64,000 bases of DNA, taken from the NCBI GenBank assembly GCA_963789955.1, contig CAWBMV010000022.1, forward strand, positions 160,001 to 224,000, read 5' to 3'. Source of the DNA: an uncultured Candidatus Rokubacteria bacterium. GTDB taxonomy: Bacteria > Methylomirabilota > Methylomirabilia > Rokubacteriales > CSP1-6. Of this stretch, positions 19,313 through 31,313 are shown piece by piece. The notes below the pieces were generated by a model, which was given only the letters and a program-made list of their open reading frames with translations, was not told the origin of the DNA and made no database searches. The first letter of the stretch is position 1. The number at the start of each line of letters is the position of its first letter. The translations under genes and the position numbers were made by a program.

Positions 19313-19622
19313 TCAGGTCGCTCTGGGCGTCGGCCACCCAAGCGATTCGCAGACGCCCCGCCCCATGATCCACTCCTGGTCGCCGGCGGATAACCACGGC
19401 AGCTCGTCGGTGAAGAACGTCACGGCCCGGCGCCATGTGCAAGGAAGCCGTGTCCAGTCTGTTCCCCAGAACATGCGCCGCGGACCAAACGTGTCGTACA
19501 CGCTCCGAATGTGCTGCTGGACGTCGCGACAGGGGTAGGCCTCGACCGAGTAGCAGGGCAGCGCGGAGGCCTTGACCGCGACGTTCGGGTGGCGCGCGAA
19601 TCTGGGCGTCGACGATCAGCAT
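19313..19622 (-). pseudogene. Amidohydrolase_2 remnant with a large internal deletion
   Basis: N-terminal MLIVDAQI joined out of frame to C-terminal ARHPNVAVKASALP...FGPRRMFWGTDW; the middle of the barrel is missing. Confidence 0.75.
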
Positions 19623-19642
19623 CGCGTGAGCCTGCGGGTTGC

Positions 19643-21354
19643 TTACGACGTCCGCGCGAGAGGCCCCCGCAGAAGCTGACCCGGCAGCGCGCCGGTGTGC
19701 TTGCCGTCGCGCAACAGGACCTCGCCGTTGACGACCGTCGCCGCGATCCCGCGCGTGCGCTGCACGAGGCGGCGCGCGCCCGACGGCAGATCGTCCACGA
19801 CTTCCGGCATCTCCGCGGCGATCGTCTCCGGGTCGAAGACGACCAGATCGGCCGCCATCCCTTCGCGGACGAGCCCGCGATTGGCGAAGCCCCACAAGGT
19901 CGCTGGCACGAGCGTGAGCATGCGGACGGCCTGCTCGAGCGTGAACGCCTGCTTGCGCCGGACCCAGTGGTAGAGCAGGTGCGTCTGCAGCGACGAATCC
20001 ATGAGCTGCGACACGTGCGCGCCCGAGTCGGAGAACGTGACGACGGCACGCGGGTGGCGCATCAGCTCGAGGGCGTAGTCCTGGTCCTCATTGGCGATCG
20101 GCTGCAGGAAGAACAGGTCGAGGTCCTTGGCCAGGGCCAGATCGATCATGGTCTCGGCCGGATGCTGGCCGCGCTCGCGCGCGACCTCGGCGACGGTGCG
20201 ATGCGGCCCTTCGACCGTATCGAAGACGAGCAGCCAATCGTAGTCGGGCGGCTTCGCCTCGGTTCCGACCGGCCGCCGGCCGTCCTTCTCACCGGAGGCC
20301 TCGATGAGTCGACGGCGCAGCTCGGGATCGCGCAGACGCCGGCGCTGCTCGGCGAGCGGCAGCGCGCGCAGCTCCTTCCACACCGGGAGCCGATCGAACG
20401 GCATTTGCGTCTTGAACGACAGCAGCGCGCTCAACGACCGGCTGTGGACCTGCGCGAACATCCGGCCGCCCGCCGCGGCCGTCTCGTCGAGTAGCGCGAG
20501 GTATTTACGCCACGCGTCCGGCACGCCCCGGCGGCTGAAGACGCCGAACGTGATCGGGCGCCCGGTCTCGACGGCGAGATCGCGCAGCCGCGTGTGATAC
20601 TCGCGGAGCCCGGGTCGTTCGCGGTGCGGTCGACGCCTTCGCCGGCGATCTCGAATAGCCCGGCGTTCAGATCGCCCATCACGCCGACCAGCCGGCGCAC
20701 TTCGTCCCACGTCGCCAGACGGCTGGCGACCGGCTGACCGTTCGGCGTCTCGTGGGCCGGCGAGCGCGACGTGGTGAAGCCGATCGCGCCGGCGCGGATC
20801 GCGTCGCGCACCTGACGCTCCATCGCCCTGAGATCGTCCTCGGTGGCCGCCTGCTCGAACGCGCGCTCGCCCATCACGAACGTGCGCACGGCCGAGTGGC
20901 CCACGTAGCCGCCGTAGTTGATGCCCTTGGGCAAGGCCTCGAGCGTGTCGAGGAACTCGGGGAACGTGGTCCAGCGCCACTTGATCCCGGCTTCCATCGC
21001 CGCCGGCGAAATGTCCTCGGCGCGCTGGAGATTGCGGACGACGAGGTGCTTGTTCTCCTCGGCGCAGGGAGCCAGGGTGAAGCCGCAGTTGCCCATCACG
21101 ACGCTGGTGATGCCGTGATAGCAGGACGAGGTTCCGAGCGGATCCCAGAAGATCTGCGCGTCCATGTGCGTGTGGCCGTCGACGAAGCCCGGCGTGACGA
21201 CGTGGCCTTCGGCGTCGATCACCTCGCGCGCGCGCTCGCGGATGCGCCCGATCGTGGTGATGCGGCCGTGCCGCACGCCGACGTCGGCCCGATACCGCGG
21301 AAGCCCGGATCCATCGATGACCGTGCCGTTCTTGATTACCAGGTCGTACGACAT
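19643..21354 (-). CDS. N-acyl-D-amino-acid deacylase (amidohydrolase family 3); frameshift near 20610
   Basis: YDLVIKNGTVIDGSG, PGFVDGHTHMD, GNCGFTLAP, SDSGAH, ADLVVFDP. Confidence 0.9.
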
Positions 21355-21399
21355 TCTCAGCTCTCCTCAGGACGCGTCGGGGTCAGTGACACCTTCCGA

Positions 21400-21611
21400 T
21401 TTCGAATTCATTGACTCGCGTCAGCGGAGGCCGCTTCGGCTTACTACCGCTTTCGAATCAATTGACTCGCCTCAGCGGAGGCCGCTTCGGCTCGTACTAC
21501 CGCTTTCGAATTGATAGACTCGCCTCAGCGGAGGCCGCTTCGGCTCGTACTACCGCTTTCGAATTCATTGACTCGCCTCAGCGGAGGCACCGCTTCGGCT
21601 CGTACTACCGC
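21400..21611. repeat. Tandem repeat, 4 copies of a ~53-bp unit
   Basis: Consensus TTTCGAATTCATTGACTCGCCTCAGCGGAGGCCGCTTCGGCTCGTACTACCGC at 21400, 21451, 21504 and 21557. Confidence 0.95.
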
Positions 21612-22165
21612 TGGCCCTGTGCCCGGTCGGCGATCTGGACCGACTTCTTCTCGGGGTCGAAGCGTAAGGTCTTCTTCGTCTCGACGTCGCCGCCCGTGAC
21701 GCGGAGGAAGAACGTGTCGTCGCCGTATTCGATCGAGTGGATGTCGCCGACCGCGAACACCGAGGCATGGCCGGCCTCGTTCATGAAGTCGCGTGAGACC
21801 TCGACCTCGGCGTAGCCGGGCTTGCTGCCGTCGTCCAGTCGGCGCCACCGGCGCATGCGCGTCGGGTTCTTGTAGTTGCCGTAGATCACCCAGCACGGGC
21901 CGTGGTCGTGGGGCACGGACTTGCCGCCTTTTTCACGCCCGTGCACCAGCACGTGCACGTCGGTCTCGGGATCGTGGCCGATCGTCGTGCGCTCGCGATA
22001 GGGCACCGGGTCGCCCAGGTGCTTCTTCAGGAGCTCGGGGTTGCGCAGGAGCTTCTCGAGGTGATCGCGGATCTCGGCGAGCCCTGACGGGACGCCCTTC
22101 GCCTTGATGGTGGCTCGAGTATCGGCGAGGAACTGATCGAGGGTGTACGCGGTTTCGCTGGCCAT
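21605..22165 (-). CDS. Cysteine dioxygenase-like cupin
   Basis: PHDHGPCWVIYG ... GDIHSI three-His cupin pattern. Confidence 0.7.
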   Translation of the reverse strand: MASETAYTLDQFLADTRATIKAKGVPSGLAEIRDHLEKLLRNPELLKKHLGDPVPYRERTTIGHDPETDVHVLVHGREKGGKSVPHDHGPCWVIYGNYKNPTRMRRWRRLDDGSKPGYAEVEVSRDFMNEAGHASVFAVGDIHSIEYGDDTFFLRVTGGDVETKKTLRFDPEKKSVQIADRAQGQR

Positions 22166-22257
22166 GGCAATCTCCTTTTGATCCGAACTCTCTGCCCTGG
22201 ATGATATCAGGTCACGGACGAGCGGAGGGCGGCAGCCTTGTAGCATACTTGGCGGCC

Positions 22258-23438
22258 ATGAAAGTCTTCGTCTTCGATCTTCTGCCGTACGCCGAGCATC
22301 TGGATCACCTGAAGGACGGCAAGGAGCTTCCGTGGCCGTTGCCGCGACGCCATTTCAAGCCCGAGGTCGCCGCGCGGACCTATGCCGAGCACCTCGACGC
22401 CTGGGAGGCCATGGACCGCCTCGGCTACGACGGGGTGGGATTCAACGAGCATCACACCTCGCCGTACGGCCTGATGAACTCGCCGAACTTATTGGCCGCG
22501 GCGGCCGCTCAGCGTACCCAGCGGCTCAAGCTCCTCGTGTACGGCAATCTGCTGCCGCTCCACGATCCGCTCCGGCTCGCCGAGGAGCTGGCGATGCTCG
22601 ACTGCATGTCGAACGGGCGCATCGTTTCCGGATTCGCCCGCGGCATTCCGCGCGAGCACAACGTCTACAACGTCTCGCTGGCCGACTCGCGCGCCCGCTT
22701 CGAAGAGGCCTGGGAGATCATCCGCCGCGCGTGGACGGAAGAGGTCTTCTCGTACGAGGGCCGTTTCTGGTCGTATCGCGACGTCGCCATCTGGCCGCGG
22801 CCCGTGCAGACGCCGCATCCGCCCGTGTGGGTGCCGGTCACCGGCAGCAAGGAGACGATCGAGTGGGCGGGACGCCACGACATTCCCATCACGCCCGGGC
22901 CTGGCGCCGATCCGCGGATTGCGTGAGGACATCATCCGCTACTACGAGCGCTGCCTCGCCCGAGCACGGTCATCGGCTCACGCCGGATCACCTGATCATC
23001 CAGGCGACCGCGTACGTGGCGGACAGCAAGGCCCAGGCGGTGCGGGAAGCCGGACCCTACGTGCTCTACTTCAACCGGACGCTCTTCAGCCACGGCAACA
23101 TCACGGAGTCCTCGCTCCAGCGCGACGCCGGCTATTTGAGCTCGGGGTCGTTCGACTACGTGAGACCCGAGAACATGCATGCCGTGTCGGGCTCGCGCGA
23201 GCGCTATCGCGACATGACGATGGCCGACGTCGAGCGCGAGGCCGAGCAGTGGCCCTGGGGCACCGCGGACGAGGTCATCGAGAAGATCATCGCGGCCGCC
23301 GACCACGCCGGGGCCTCGACCGTGCTGGTCAACATGAACCGCGGCGCCATGCCGCAGGAGATGTTCCTCGAGCAGGTGCACCGGTTCGGCAGCAAGGTGC
23401 TCCCCGCGCTGAGGTCCCATACCGTCACGGCTCGATGA
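22258..23438 (+). CDS. LLM-class flavin-dependent oxidoreductase; frameshifts at about 22900-22960
   Basis: GFNEHH, PLRLAEELAMLD, GFARG, IWPRPVQTPHPPVW. Confidence 0.9.
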
Positions 23439-24292
23439 TCGATCGCCGCGTCGCAGTGATCCTGGCGACGGTCGCCCTGATCCTCTGGCCGCGAGGCGTT
23501 CCGGCCGCCGAACCGACTCCCGAGCTCGTCGCCCGGGGGAAATATGTGTTCGGCGCCGCCGGCGGCTGCGCGTGCCACACGACCCCTGACGGAGCCGGCC
23601 TGAATGCCGGCGGCACGAAGTTCGACCTGTCCTTCTTCGGCGTCGTCTACACGCCGAACATCACGCCGGACGCCGAGACCGGGATCGGGAAGTGGACCGA
23701 CGCGCAGGTGATCAACGCCATTCGCCGCGGCGAGCGCCCGGACGGCGCGAAGCTGTTTCCGATCCATCCGTACAAGTACTTCAGCAACATCGCCGACGAC
23801 GAGATCGAAGCGCTGGTCGCCTATCTGAGATCCGTGAAGGCGATCACATCATCGGTGCCGGCACGATCTCTGAAGATTCCGGTTCCCACGAGAACGATCG
23901 TTCCCGCGGTGAAGATCGCGCCGCGAGACGGGCGGGCGCGTGGCGCGTATCTCGCGGGTGGGGCGGGGCACTGCGCCGAGTGCCACACGCCCAGGCGATT
24001 CGACGCGTCCACGGACGACACGAAATTCCTCGCGGGCGGGCCGGGACCGGAGCGAAGCCTGGCGGCCAACATCACGCCGCACAACGAGACCGGGATCGGC
24101 CGCTGGACCGAGGCTCAGATCGCGCGGTTCCTGCGAACCGGCGTGAAGCCCTCGGGGCAGGAAGCGTCCTCGCTGATGCGGACCGTCATCGTCGGCACGT
24201 CGGCCGGATTCAGGGACCTCACGGAGGCGGACGCCCTCGCGATCGCCCGGTACCTCAAGACCGTGCCGCCGATCGAGAACAAGGTCCGCTAG
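23435..24292 (+). CDS. Di-heme cytochrome c (gluconate/alcohol dehydrogenase cytochrome subunit-like)
   Basis: Signal peptide; ARGKYV..GCACHT, PNITPD.ETGIGKW, RGAYL..HCAECHTPR. Confidence 0.85.
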   Translation: MIDRRVAVILATVALILWPRGVPAAEPTPELVARGKYVFGAAGGCACHTTPDGAGLNAGGTKFDLSFFGVVYTPNITPDAETGIGKWTDAQVINAIRRGERPDGAKLFPIHPYKYFSNIADDEIEALVAYLRSVKAITSSVPARSLKIPVPTRTIVPAVKIAPRDGRARGAYLAGGAGHCAECHTPRRFDASTDDTKFLAGGPGPERSLAANITPHNETGIGRWTEAQIARFLRTGVKPSGQEASSLMRTVIVGTSAGFRDLTEADALAIARYLKTVPPIENKVR

Positions 24293-24298
24293 AGCCGG

Positions 24299-25496
24299 CT
24301 ACTCGTCGCGGGCGCCCGACGTTCTCTGCTTGAACTCCGCGGGGACGTCACGGCCCGCATCGGTGAACGCGCGGCGGATCGCCTCGACGTTCGGGCTGAA
24401 GATCGTCTTGCGGTTGTCGCGCGCCCACTCGTTCGAGCCGCGCGTCGTCTCGAGCGAGCCCTGGAAGCGCGGCATCACGTAACGGGCGAAGAGCTCGTAC
24501 GAGCGCAGGGTCTGCTCGCGCGTCGCCCACTCGTGGGCGCGGAAGAGCAGGCCGCCGAAGCCGCCGCCGCTCTGCTCGCTGCAGGTGCTCGATGCCCGCG
24601 CACGACCGTCTCGACCGAGCCGACCAGCGTGGTGCCCATCTTCACGCCCTCGGTCAGCGGATCGTCGGAGCGGCCCGGCGGCCGGCCGAGCGTTTCCTCG
24701 AAGTAGGTGACGGTCTCGTGGCGCTCGGCGTCGCTTCACCTGCCGCAGCGCTTCTTCGTCGTCCTCGGCCACGTGCACGTTGACGACGAGCCGCCATTCC
24801 TTCCGGTCCATCGTCTTGCCGTGCTTGGCGGCCGTCTCCTCGCCGAGCTTCCACTGATTCGCCAGCGCTTCGGGCCCACCCGGAAGTCCCGCGCCGAGCG
24901 AGAGCACGCCGAGGCCGTGACGGCCCGCGGCGATCACGCCGGCCGGCGTCATGACGCTCGCCACTGCGATCGGGAAGTGCGGCGCGGTATACGGCGCCAG
25001 GTGCAAACGCGCCTGCCGCAGCTCGAACCAGTCGGTCTTCATCGTCACCGGCTCCTCGCAGCGGAGGAGCTGCATGATCGCGTCGAGCGATTCGTCCATC
25101 CGTCGGACGCTGGGTCACCGGCTCGATGCCGAGCATGTACGCATCGGAAACGAGCGCGCCCGGGCCGCAGCCGAGCATCGAGCGGCCGCGCGTCATGTGA
25201 TCGAGCTGGACGAAGCGCTGCGCCACCAGCAGGGGGTGGTGGTAGGGCAGGCTCGTCACGCCCGAGCCGAGCATGATGTGACGCGTGCGCTCGGCGGCGG
25301 CGGCGATGAAGAGCTCGGGCGAGGCGATCAGCTCCCAGCCGGCGGAATGGTGCTCGCCGACCCACACCTCGTCGTAGCCGAGGTAATCCAGCCACTCGAT
25401 CAGCTCCATGTCGCGTCCGAGGGCCAGGGTGGGGTTCTCGCCGATCCGATGGAACGGGGCCAGGAAGATTCCGAAGCGCATTCCTTTGTGGGCCAT
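24299..25496 (-). CDS. LLM-class monooxygenase (limonene 1,2-monooxygenase-like); several frameshifts
   Basis: MRFGIFLAPFH.GENPT, WVGEHHSAGWE, SLPYHHP, GPGALVSDA, SYELFARYVMPRFQG. Confidence 0.85.
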
Positions 25497-25563
25497 GGTG
25501 AGGATCCTAGCACGGGGCCCGCTGAATCGCGCGCGAGGCCGCGCGGTGCTACCATGCCGCCCC

Positions 25564-26608
25564 ATGACAGATCGAACGATCCGCGTGGGGTTCGTGGGCG
25601 CCGGCGCCAATTCGCGCAAGCATCACATTCCAAAGCTCAAGGCTCAGCCGGGAGTCGAGCTGGCCGCGGTGGCGAACCGGTCGAAGGAATCCGGCGATCG
25701 GATCGCGCGCGAGTTCGGGATCGCGCGGGTCTATGCCGACTGGCGCGAGCTGGTGCGTGCCCCGGACATCGACGCGGTGTGTATCGGTACGTGGCCGAAC
25801 ACGCACAGCGAGATCACGCGCGCGGTGCTCGAGCACGGCAAGCACGTGCTCTGCGAGGCGCGCATGGCGATGAACGCCGCCGAGGCGCGCACCATGCTCG
25901 ACGCCGCGCGCCGAGCGCCGCAGCTCGTGACGCAGCTCGTGCCGGCGCCGAACACGCTCGAGGTCGATTCGACCCTGCAGGCGTTGCTGGCCGAGGGCTA
26001 CGTCGGCGACGTCCTGGCCGTCGAGATCCAGGCCAATCAGGGCCAGTTCGTCGACGCCGAGGCGCCGCTCCACTGGCGGCAGGATGCCGCCCTCAGCGGC
26101 CTCAACGTCATGACGATGGGCATCTGGTACGAGGCGCTGATGCGCTGGCTCGGTCCGGCGCGCCGTGTGATGGCGCTCACCAAGATCGCGGTGCCCCGGC
26201 GCAAGGACGCGGCGGGCGCCTGGCAGGACGTGCGCGTGCCCGATCACGTCGAGATTCTCGCGACTCTGGGGCGTGGTGCATCGGCGCACATGCGCTTCAG
26301 CACGGTCACGGCGCTGGCGCCGCCCAGCGAGGTGTGGATCTTCGGGACGGAGGGCACGCTCCGGGTCGAGTCCGACGCCAGGCGCGTCTCCGGCGGACGG
26401 CGCGGCGACAAGGCCCTGCGCGAGATCCCGATCCCCGCGCGAGCGCCGCATCGGCTGGCGCGTCGAGGAAGAGTTCGTCAACGCGATCCGCGGCCGCGAG
26501 AAGGTCACGCGCACGACCTTCGAGGACGGCGTGCGCTACATGGAGTTCACCGAGGCCGTCTGGAAGAGTGCCCAGAGCGGTCAGGCGGCCGACGTCGCCG
26601 AGCTGTGA
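25564..26608 (+). CDS. Gfo/Idh/MocA oxidoreductase; frameshift near 26440
   Basis: IRVGFVGAG, DAVCIGTWP..H, GKHVLCEARMA, TFEDGVRYMEF. Confidence 0.9.
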
Positions 26609-26615
26609 CGAGCGT

Positions 26616-26798
26616 CTAGCGCTCCTTCGTCAGCACGCGAACCACCACGATCACGACGGCGCCCACCAGGAGCGCCAGCCCGGCGAAGAGGAGCGCGGCC
26701 GTCAGCGGGCTCATCGGCGCGTCCCGCAGCGGGCCGCCGTGATCGGCCGCCGCCGGCGCCGCGGCGACGAGGCTCGCGAGCGCCGCGAAACGACGCAT
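26616..26798 (-). CDS. Small membrane protein
   Basis: Signal-like N-terminus, DHGG, one TM helix. Confidence 0.5.
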   Translation of the reverse strand: MRRFAALASLVAAAPAAADHGGPLRDAPMSPLTAALLFAGLALLVGAVVIVVVRVLTKER

Positions 26799-26806
26799 CG
26801 AGGCGA

Positions 26807-27277
26807 TCACCCGCCGGTCTTCGCCGCCGCCTGAAGCTCTCGCACGTGCTCGGCCCAGTGGCGCGCGAGTACCTCGAGCCGCTGCCGTCCCGTGATCGTC
26901 TCGCCGTTCGCGCGCCGGAAGCACGGCTTGTCGAGGTGCGTCGAGCTCCGCGCGGCCTGCACGAGCCGCGCGTGCGCCTGCCGGAGCTGGGTCAGGAGCT
27001 CGTCGAAGCTCTCGTGCGCGTGGAGCCGGCGGCACACCTCGTTGATCGTGTCGGCATCGCCCGGCAGCGGCCAGGGCGGCCCGCCGAGCGCGGCCGCCTG
27101 GATCCCCCAGGCGGTCGCATCGTGGAAGTAGAGGAAGTGCATCAACACGTCGCGCGCCTGCCAGCGATCGACCCTCGCGCTGGTCGTCCGGCCGGCGCCG
27201 TCGAAGTACCCCAGGGTTTCCTTGACGACGCGATCGAGCTCGCTCAGGAGCGCTTCGTTCGAGGGCGACGTGCTCAT
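26807..27277 (-). CDS. DinB-like hypothetical protein
   Basis: WQARDVLMH ... HWAEHVREL. Confidence 0.6.
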   Translation of the reverse strand: MSTSPSNEALLSELDRVVKETLGYFDGAGRTTSARVDRWQARDVLMHFLYFHDATAWGIQAAALGGPPWPLPGDADTINEVCRRLHAHESFDELLTQLRQAHARLVQAARSSTHLDKPCFRRANGETITGRQRLEVLARHWAEHVRELQAAAKTGG

Positions 27278-27290
27278 CCCGTGACTCCCT

Positions 27291-28841
27291 TCAGCGGGGT
27301 TTCTTCTTGAGGAAGAGATTGATGTCGTCCGGCGTGATCAGGTCGGGTGCGGTCCAGCCGTCGAGGTCGTACTCGGCCATGCATTGCTCGGCGAATCCTC
27401 TGAACTGCGCCGCCCGGCCGCTGTCATGCGCCATCTGCCACGCGATCAGCCGAACGGTCTCCGGCGCGCCCGCATAGTTCCGCTCGTACAGCTCGTGCCG
27501 GCTGCCGAACTCGGTGCCGATGGCGTCCCACAAGAGCTTCATCAGCTTGATCCGGTCCACCGCGTCGGTGCCGTCGGAGCCGCGCAGGTACTTCTCGAGC
27601 AACGGACGCAGCGCCGGCGACTTGAAGTCGACCGCGTGCGAGTTGAGATAGATCAGCCCGCTGGCCAGGATGCTCTCGGTCAGCTCCTTGATCCGCGGAT
27701 AGGCGACCGGCGCGAAGACCCGGTAGGCCTGCGCGGACTCTGGATTCGGCAGCACCGTCGCGCCCGACCACGGCACCGGGTTGCGCGTCATCGCGTCGGT
27801 GAGCCCCCAGAACAGGTTGCGCCAGGCGATCACCTCGCCGACCGTCGCCTGCACGTTCTTCGTGTCGGTCGAGCCGACGGCGTCGACCGCCTTCAGGAGC
27901 AGACCGGCGATGAAGTCGAGCTTCACGGCCAGGCGTGTGCAGCCGTGGAGCATCGCGCGCGGGAAGAACCCGGAGCCCTGGAAGAACGTGTTCGATTTCT
28001 GCACGTTCTCGTAGACGAAGACGTTCTCCCACGGGACCAGGGCGTGATCGAGGACCAGGATCGCGTCGTTCTCGTCCATCCGGCTCGAGAGCGGATAGTC
28101 GAACGGGCTGCCCATCACCTCGGCGGTCATCGTGTAGGACGGCCGGCAGATCAGCTTCACGCCCGGCGTGTTCATCGAGGCGATGAAGACCGCGGCGAAC
28201 TCCTTGGTCTTGATCGGGGTGGTCGAGGGATGCGCGATGAAGTTGGCGTGCGTCAGCGCCGAGCCGGTGGCGACGACCTTCGCGCCGCTGACGATCAGGC
28301 CGGCGTCGGTCTCCTTCTCGACGTGCACGTAGACGTCGGCCACCTGGTCCGGGGGCTTCTGCCGATCGACCGGCGGCTGGACGAGGGCGTGATTCAGGTA
28401 GAGGACGCGCTCCTGCGCCGCGCGATACCACCGGCGCGCGTTGTCCTGATACGGCGCGTAGAAGTCGGCGTTGGCGCCGAGCGTCGCCAGGAAGGCCGCC
28501 TTGTAGTCCGGCGAGCGCCCCATCCAGCCGTAGGTCAGGCGCGACCACGCGGCGATCGCGTCGCGCGCCGCGACCAGCTCGTCGGCGCTCGTCGGCGCGC
28601 GAAAGTAGCGGTGCGTGTAGCCGCCGGAGCCGGTATCGGTCGGACACGTCAAGGTGGCCTGCGACGCCGGATCGTGGAGCGCGTCGTAGAGCCGCGCCAG
28701 CATCCGCGCGGGATTGCGAAAGGCCGGGTGCGTCGTGACGTCGTCGACCCGCTCGCCGTAGATCCAGATCTCGCGGCCGTCGCGCAGGCTCTCGAGGAAC
28801 TCCTTGCCGGTGAACGGCCGTGTGGGGCCCGTGGTCATCAC
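27291..28841 (-). CDS. hpaB: 4-hydroxyphenylacetate 3-hydroxylase family oxygenase component
   Basis: [62 protein letters not shown]. Confidence 0.85.
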   Translation of the reverse strand: MMTTGPTRPFTGKEFLESLRDGREIWIYGERVDDVTTHPAFRNPARMLARLYDALHDPASQATLTCPTDTGSGGYTHRYFRAPTSADELVAARDAIAAWSRLTYGWMGRSPDYKAAFLATLGANADFYAPYQDNARRWYRAAQERVLYLNHALVQPPVDRQKPPDQVADVYVHVEKETDAGLIVSGAKVVATGSALTHANFIAHPSTTPIKTKEFAAVFIASMNTPGVKLICRPSYTMTAEVMGSPFDYPLSSRMDENDAILVLDHALVPWENVFVYENVQKSNTFFQGSGFFPRAMLHGCTRLAVKLDFIAGLLLKAVDAVGSTDTKNVQATVGEVIAWRNLFWGLTDAMTRNPVPWSGATVLPNPESAQAYRVFAPVAYPRIKELTESILASGLIYLNSHAVDFKSPALRPLLEKYLRGSDGTDAVDRIKLMKLLWDAIGTEFGSRHELYERNYAGAPETVRLIAWQMAHDSGRAAQFRGFAEQCMAEYDLDGWTAPDLITPDDINLFLKKKPR

Positions 28842-28848
28842 GGCTGCC

Positions 28849-29737
28849 TCAGGCGGCGACGGCCGGCCGAACCTTGGTGGCGACCAGGTCGAGCAGCTCG
28901 AGCATGCGCCCGAGATCGTCGCGGCGGAAGTCGACCATCAGATGCGCGAGGCCGAGTCGCTGGTACTCGCCGAAGAGGTCGGTGACCGCCTGCGCGCCCT
29001 GCCGAACGAGATCATCGCTGAGGGCGAGCCGCAGCGAGGTCGTCAGTGATTTCCACGGGCGCCCGGCGGCGTCGGCGGCGGCCCGCAGGCGCGCGATGCG
29101 GTCGCGCATCTCCGCGGGGGTCTTGCCCGACGCGTGCCATCCGTCGCCGAGCGTGACGACGCGGCGAAAGGCGCCGGCGCTGTCGCCGCCGACCCAGATG
29201 GGCGGATGCGGCTTCTGGACCGGCTTGGGGGCGAAGCCGATGTCGCTGAAGCGGTAGAACTCCCCGTCGAAGGCCGGCCGATCCGACGTCCACAGCTCCT
29301 TGAAGACGCGCAGCATCTCGTCCGCTTGCTGGCCGCGCACGATGGAACGGCGCGCCGAGGATCTCGAGCTCCTGCTTCCACCAGCCCACGCCGACACCGC
29401 AGATCAGCCGTCCGTTCGAGAGCGTGTCGATCGTGGTCAGCATCTTGGCCATGAGGACGGGGTGGCGATGACCGAGCACGAAGACCGAGGCGCCGAGACG
29501 CGCCTTGGTCGTGCACATCGCCGCCGCCGCGAGTAAGGTGACGGGCTCGAGATACGGCTTTTCGGGCGGATGGGGGAATCGGCCGCCCGGATAGCCGGAT
29601 GACGTATAGGGAAAGACGACGTGATCGCTGACCCAGAGAGAGGCCATCCCGAGCCCTTCGGCCTGACGGGCGAACGTCACGAGCGCGTCGCGGGTGGCGA
29701 CGGGGCCTTGCATGGGAAGCTGGCAGCCGATGTCCAT
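28849..29737 (-). CDS. LLM-class (probably F420-dependent, Rv2161c-like) oxidoreductase; frameshift near 29340
   Basis: [39 protein letters not shown]. Confidence 0.85.
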
Positions 29738-29779
29738 GGTGACTCCTTTCGACTCACGTGATCCGAGTGGCTCTCGGTG

Positions 29780-31304
29780 TCACCCCCGCCGCACGAGCTC
29801 GGCGGCCTCCACGATGGCCCTCAGCTTCGCCTCGGCGACGCTCGCGGAGCTGACCGGATTGTCGGCGAAGGTCGCGAAGCCGCAATCGGGCGTCAGCAGC
29901 ACGCGATCCGCGCCGAAGAGCTTCACGGCGCGCCGCGCGCGCTCGGCGATCTCCTCGACCGTCTCCACGCGATCGTGCTTCTGGTTGACGACGCCGACGC
30001 CGATGCGGACGTCTCGCGGCAGGTCGGCGAGCACGTCCAGCTCACCGGCGCGCGGCGTGCACAGCTCGAGAAAGAGCGTACCGACGTCGAGCGAGGACAG
30101 GAGCGAGACCAGCGGGCGGTAGTCGCCGGCCAGCGCCGCCTCCTCGTTCCGGGTCCAGTTGCCCCGGCACACGTGCAGCCCGAGCCTCGAGCGTGGCAGA
30201 CCGGCGACGACCCGATTGACGAGCCCGCGCGCGAACTCGAGCTCGCGCGCCCGCGTCGCCCTTCTCGCTGAGCGCGCCGCACATGAAGCTCCGCGTGTTC
30301 TTGGCGCCGGTGTAGACCACTTCGGCGAGCACCGGCTCGTCGAGCTGCACGAGCGCGACGCCGGCGGCGAGCAGGAAGTGGATCTCCTCGCGCAGGACCC
30401 GCACGACGTCGTCGGCCAGGTGCTCCCGTGATCGATAGAAGCGATCCGAGACGCACTCGAGCCACATCAATCGGGTGAGGAGATAGGGCCCGGGCAGCGC
30501 GATCTTCACCGGCTTGTCGGTCAGCCCGTGAACGAATGCGTGCTCGTGAGCGGCCAGCGGTCGACTCCGGCCGAGCGGGCCGAAGAGGGCGGGATGACGG
30601 ACCTCGGAGGCCGGAACGTCGAGCGAGCGCATCTCGCGCTCGAACTTCTCGGGATCGTCGACGAGCGGGAGCAGGTCCGTGAGCGGGATCAGCTGACAAT
30701 TGTCGAGCCGCCCGCCCACGAAGCTCGCGTAGTTGTCGCGCCGCTGCTCGCCGTCCGAGATGACGTCGGCGCCCGACCGGAGCTGCGCGTCGACCGCGAG
30801 GCGGACCGCGTCGTCGGCGGTCGCCTGGAACTCCGCCTCGCCGAGCCGGCCTTCGAGGTGCTCGTGGATCGCCTGGAGCATCCAGCGCGGGCGCGGCCAG
30901 CTCCCGATGCCCATCACGGACAGCGGGCGGATGGCGGACGCCGCGGCCGGCGCCGGAAGCGTGGCCGGGACGGTGACGGCGACCGCCTGGCGCGTCACGG
31001 GCGCCAGCGCCGCCGCGCTCGCGCGCCGTGAGGGCTTACGCTCGGCCAGCGTGCCCTTGCAGACGAGAAAGCTTCGCTCCTTGCCCCGCCGGACGAACGA
31101 CACGAGCTCGTTGCCGGTCATCCGGCACCAGGCGGGGAAGTCCTCTTCGACCGAAATCTCGGTGGAACGAAACTCGAGGAGCTGGCCGCGCTCCAGCGGG
31201 TCCATGTGCTGGCGGATCAGGAGAAGGAGCCCGTTGCCGCAGTCCAGATCTCCGCCGTCGAAGCTCAGGTCGGCTTCGTGCTGGTGACGGTCAACGGGCT
31301 CCAT
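29780..31304 (-). CDS. Fusion of a TusA/SirA-like domain to a cobalamin-independent methionine synthase (MetE C-terminal-like) domain; frameshift near 30250
   Basis: N-terminal DGGDLDCG...PAWCRMTG; GSWPRP, SDGEQRR, QLDEP, Zn ligands HVCRGN, ELCTP, PDCGF. Confidence 0.85.
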
Positions 31305-31313
31305 CGCCGAGGC

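Noticed and set aside
21400..21611. CRISPR array
   Set aside because: The units are contiguous near-identical copies with no unique spacers, and no cas genes are in the window.
30230..30270. Programmed frameshift in the TusA-MetE fusion
   Set aside because: There is no slippery heptamer, and it is indistinguishable from the many error-type indels in the window.
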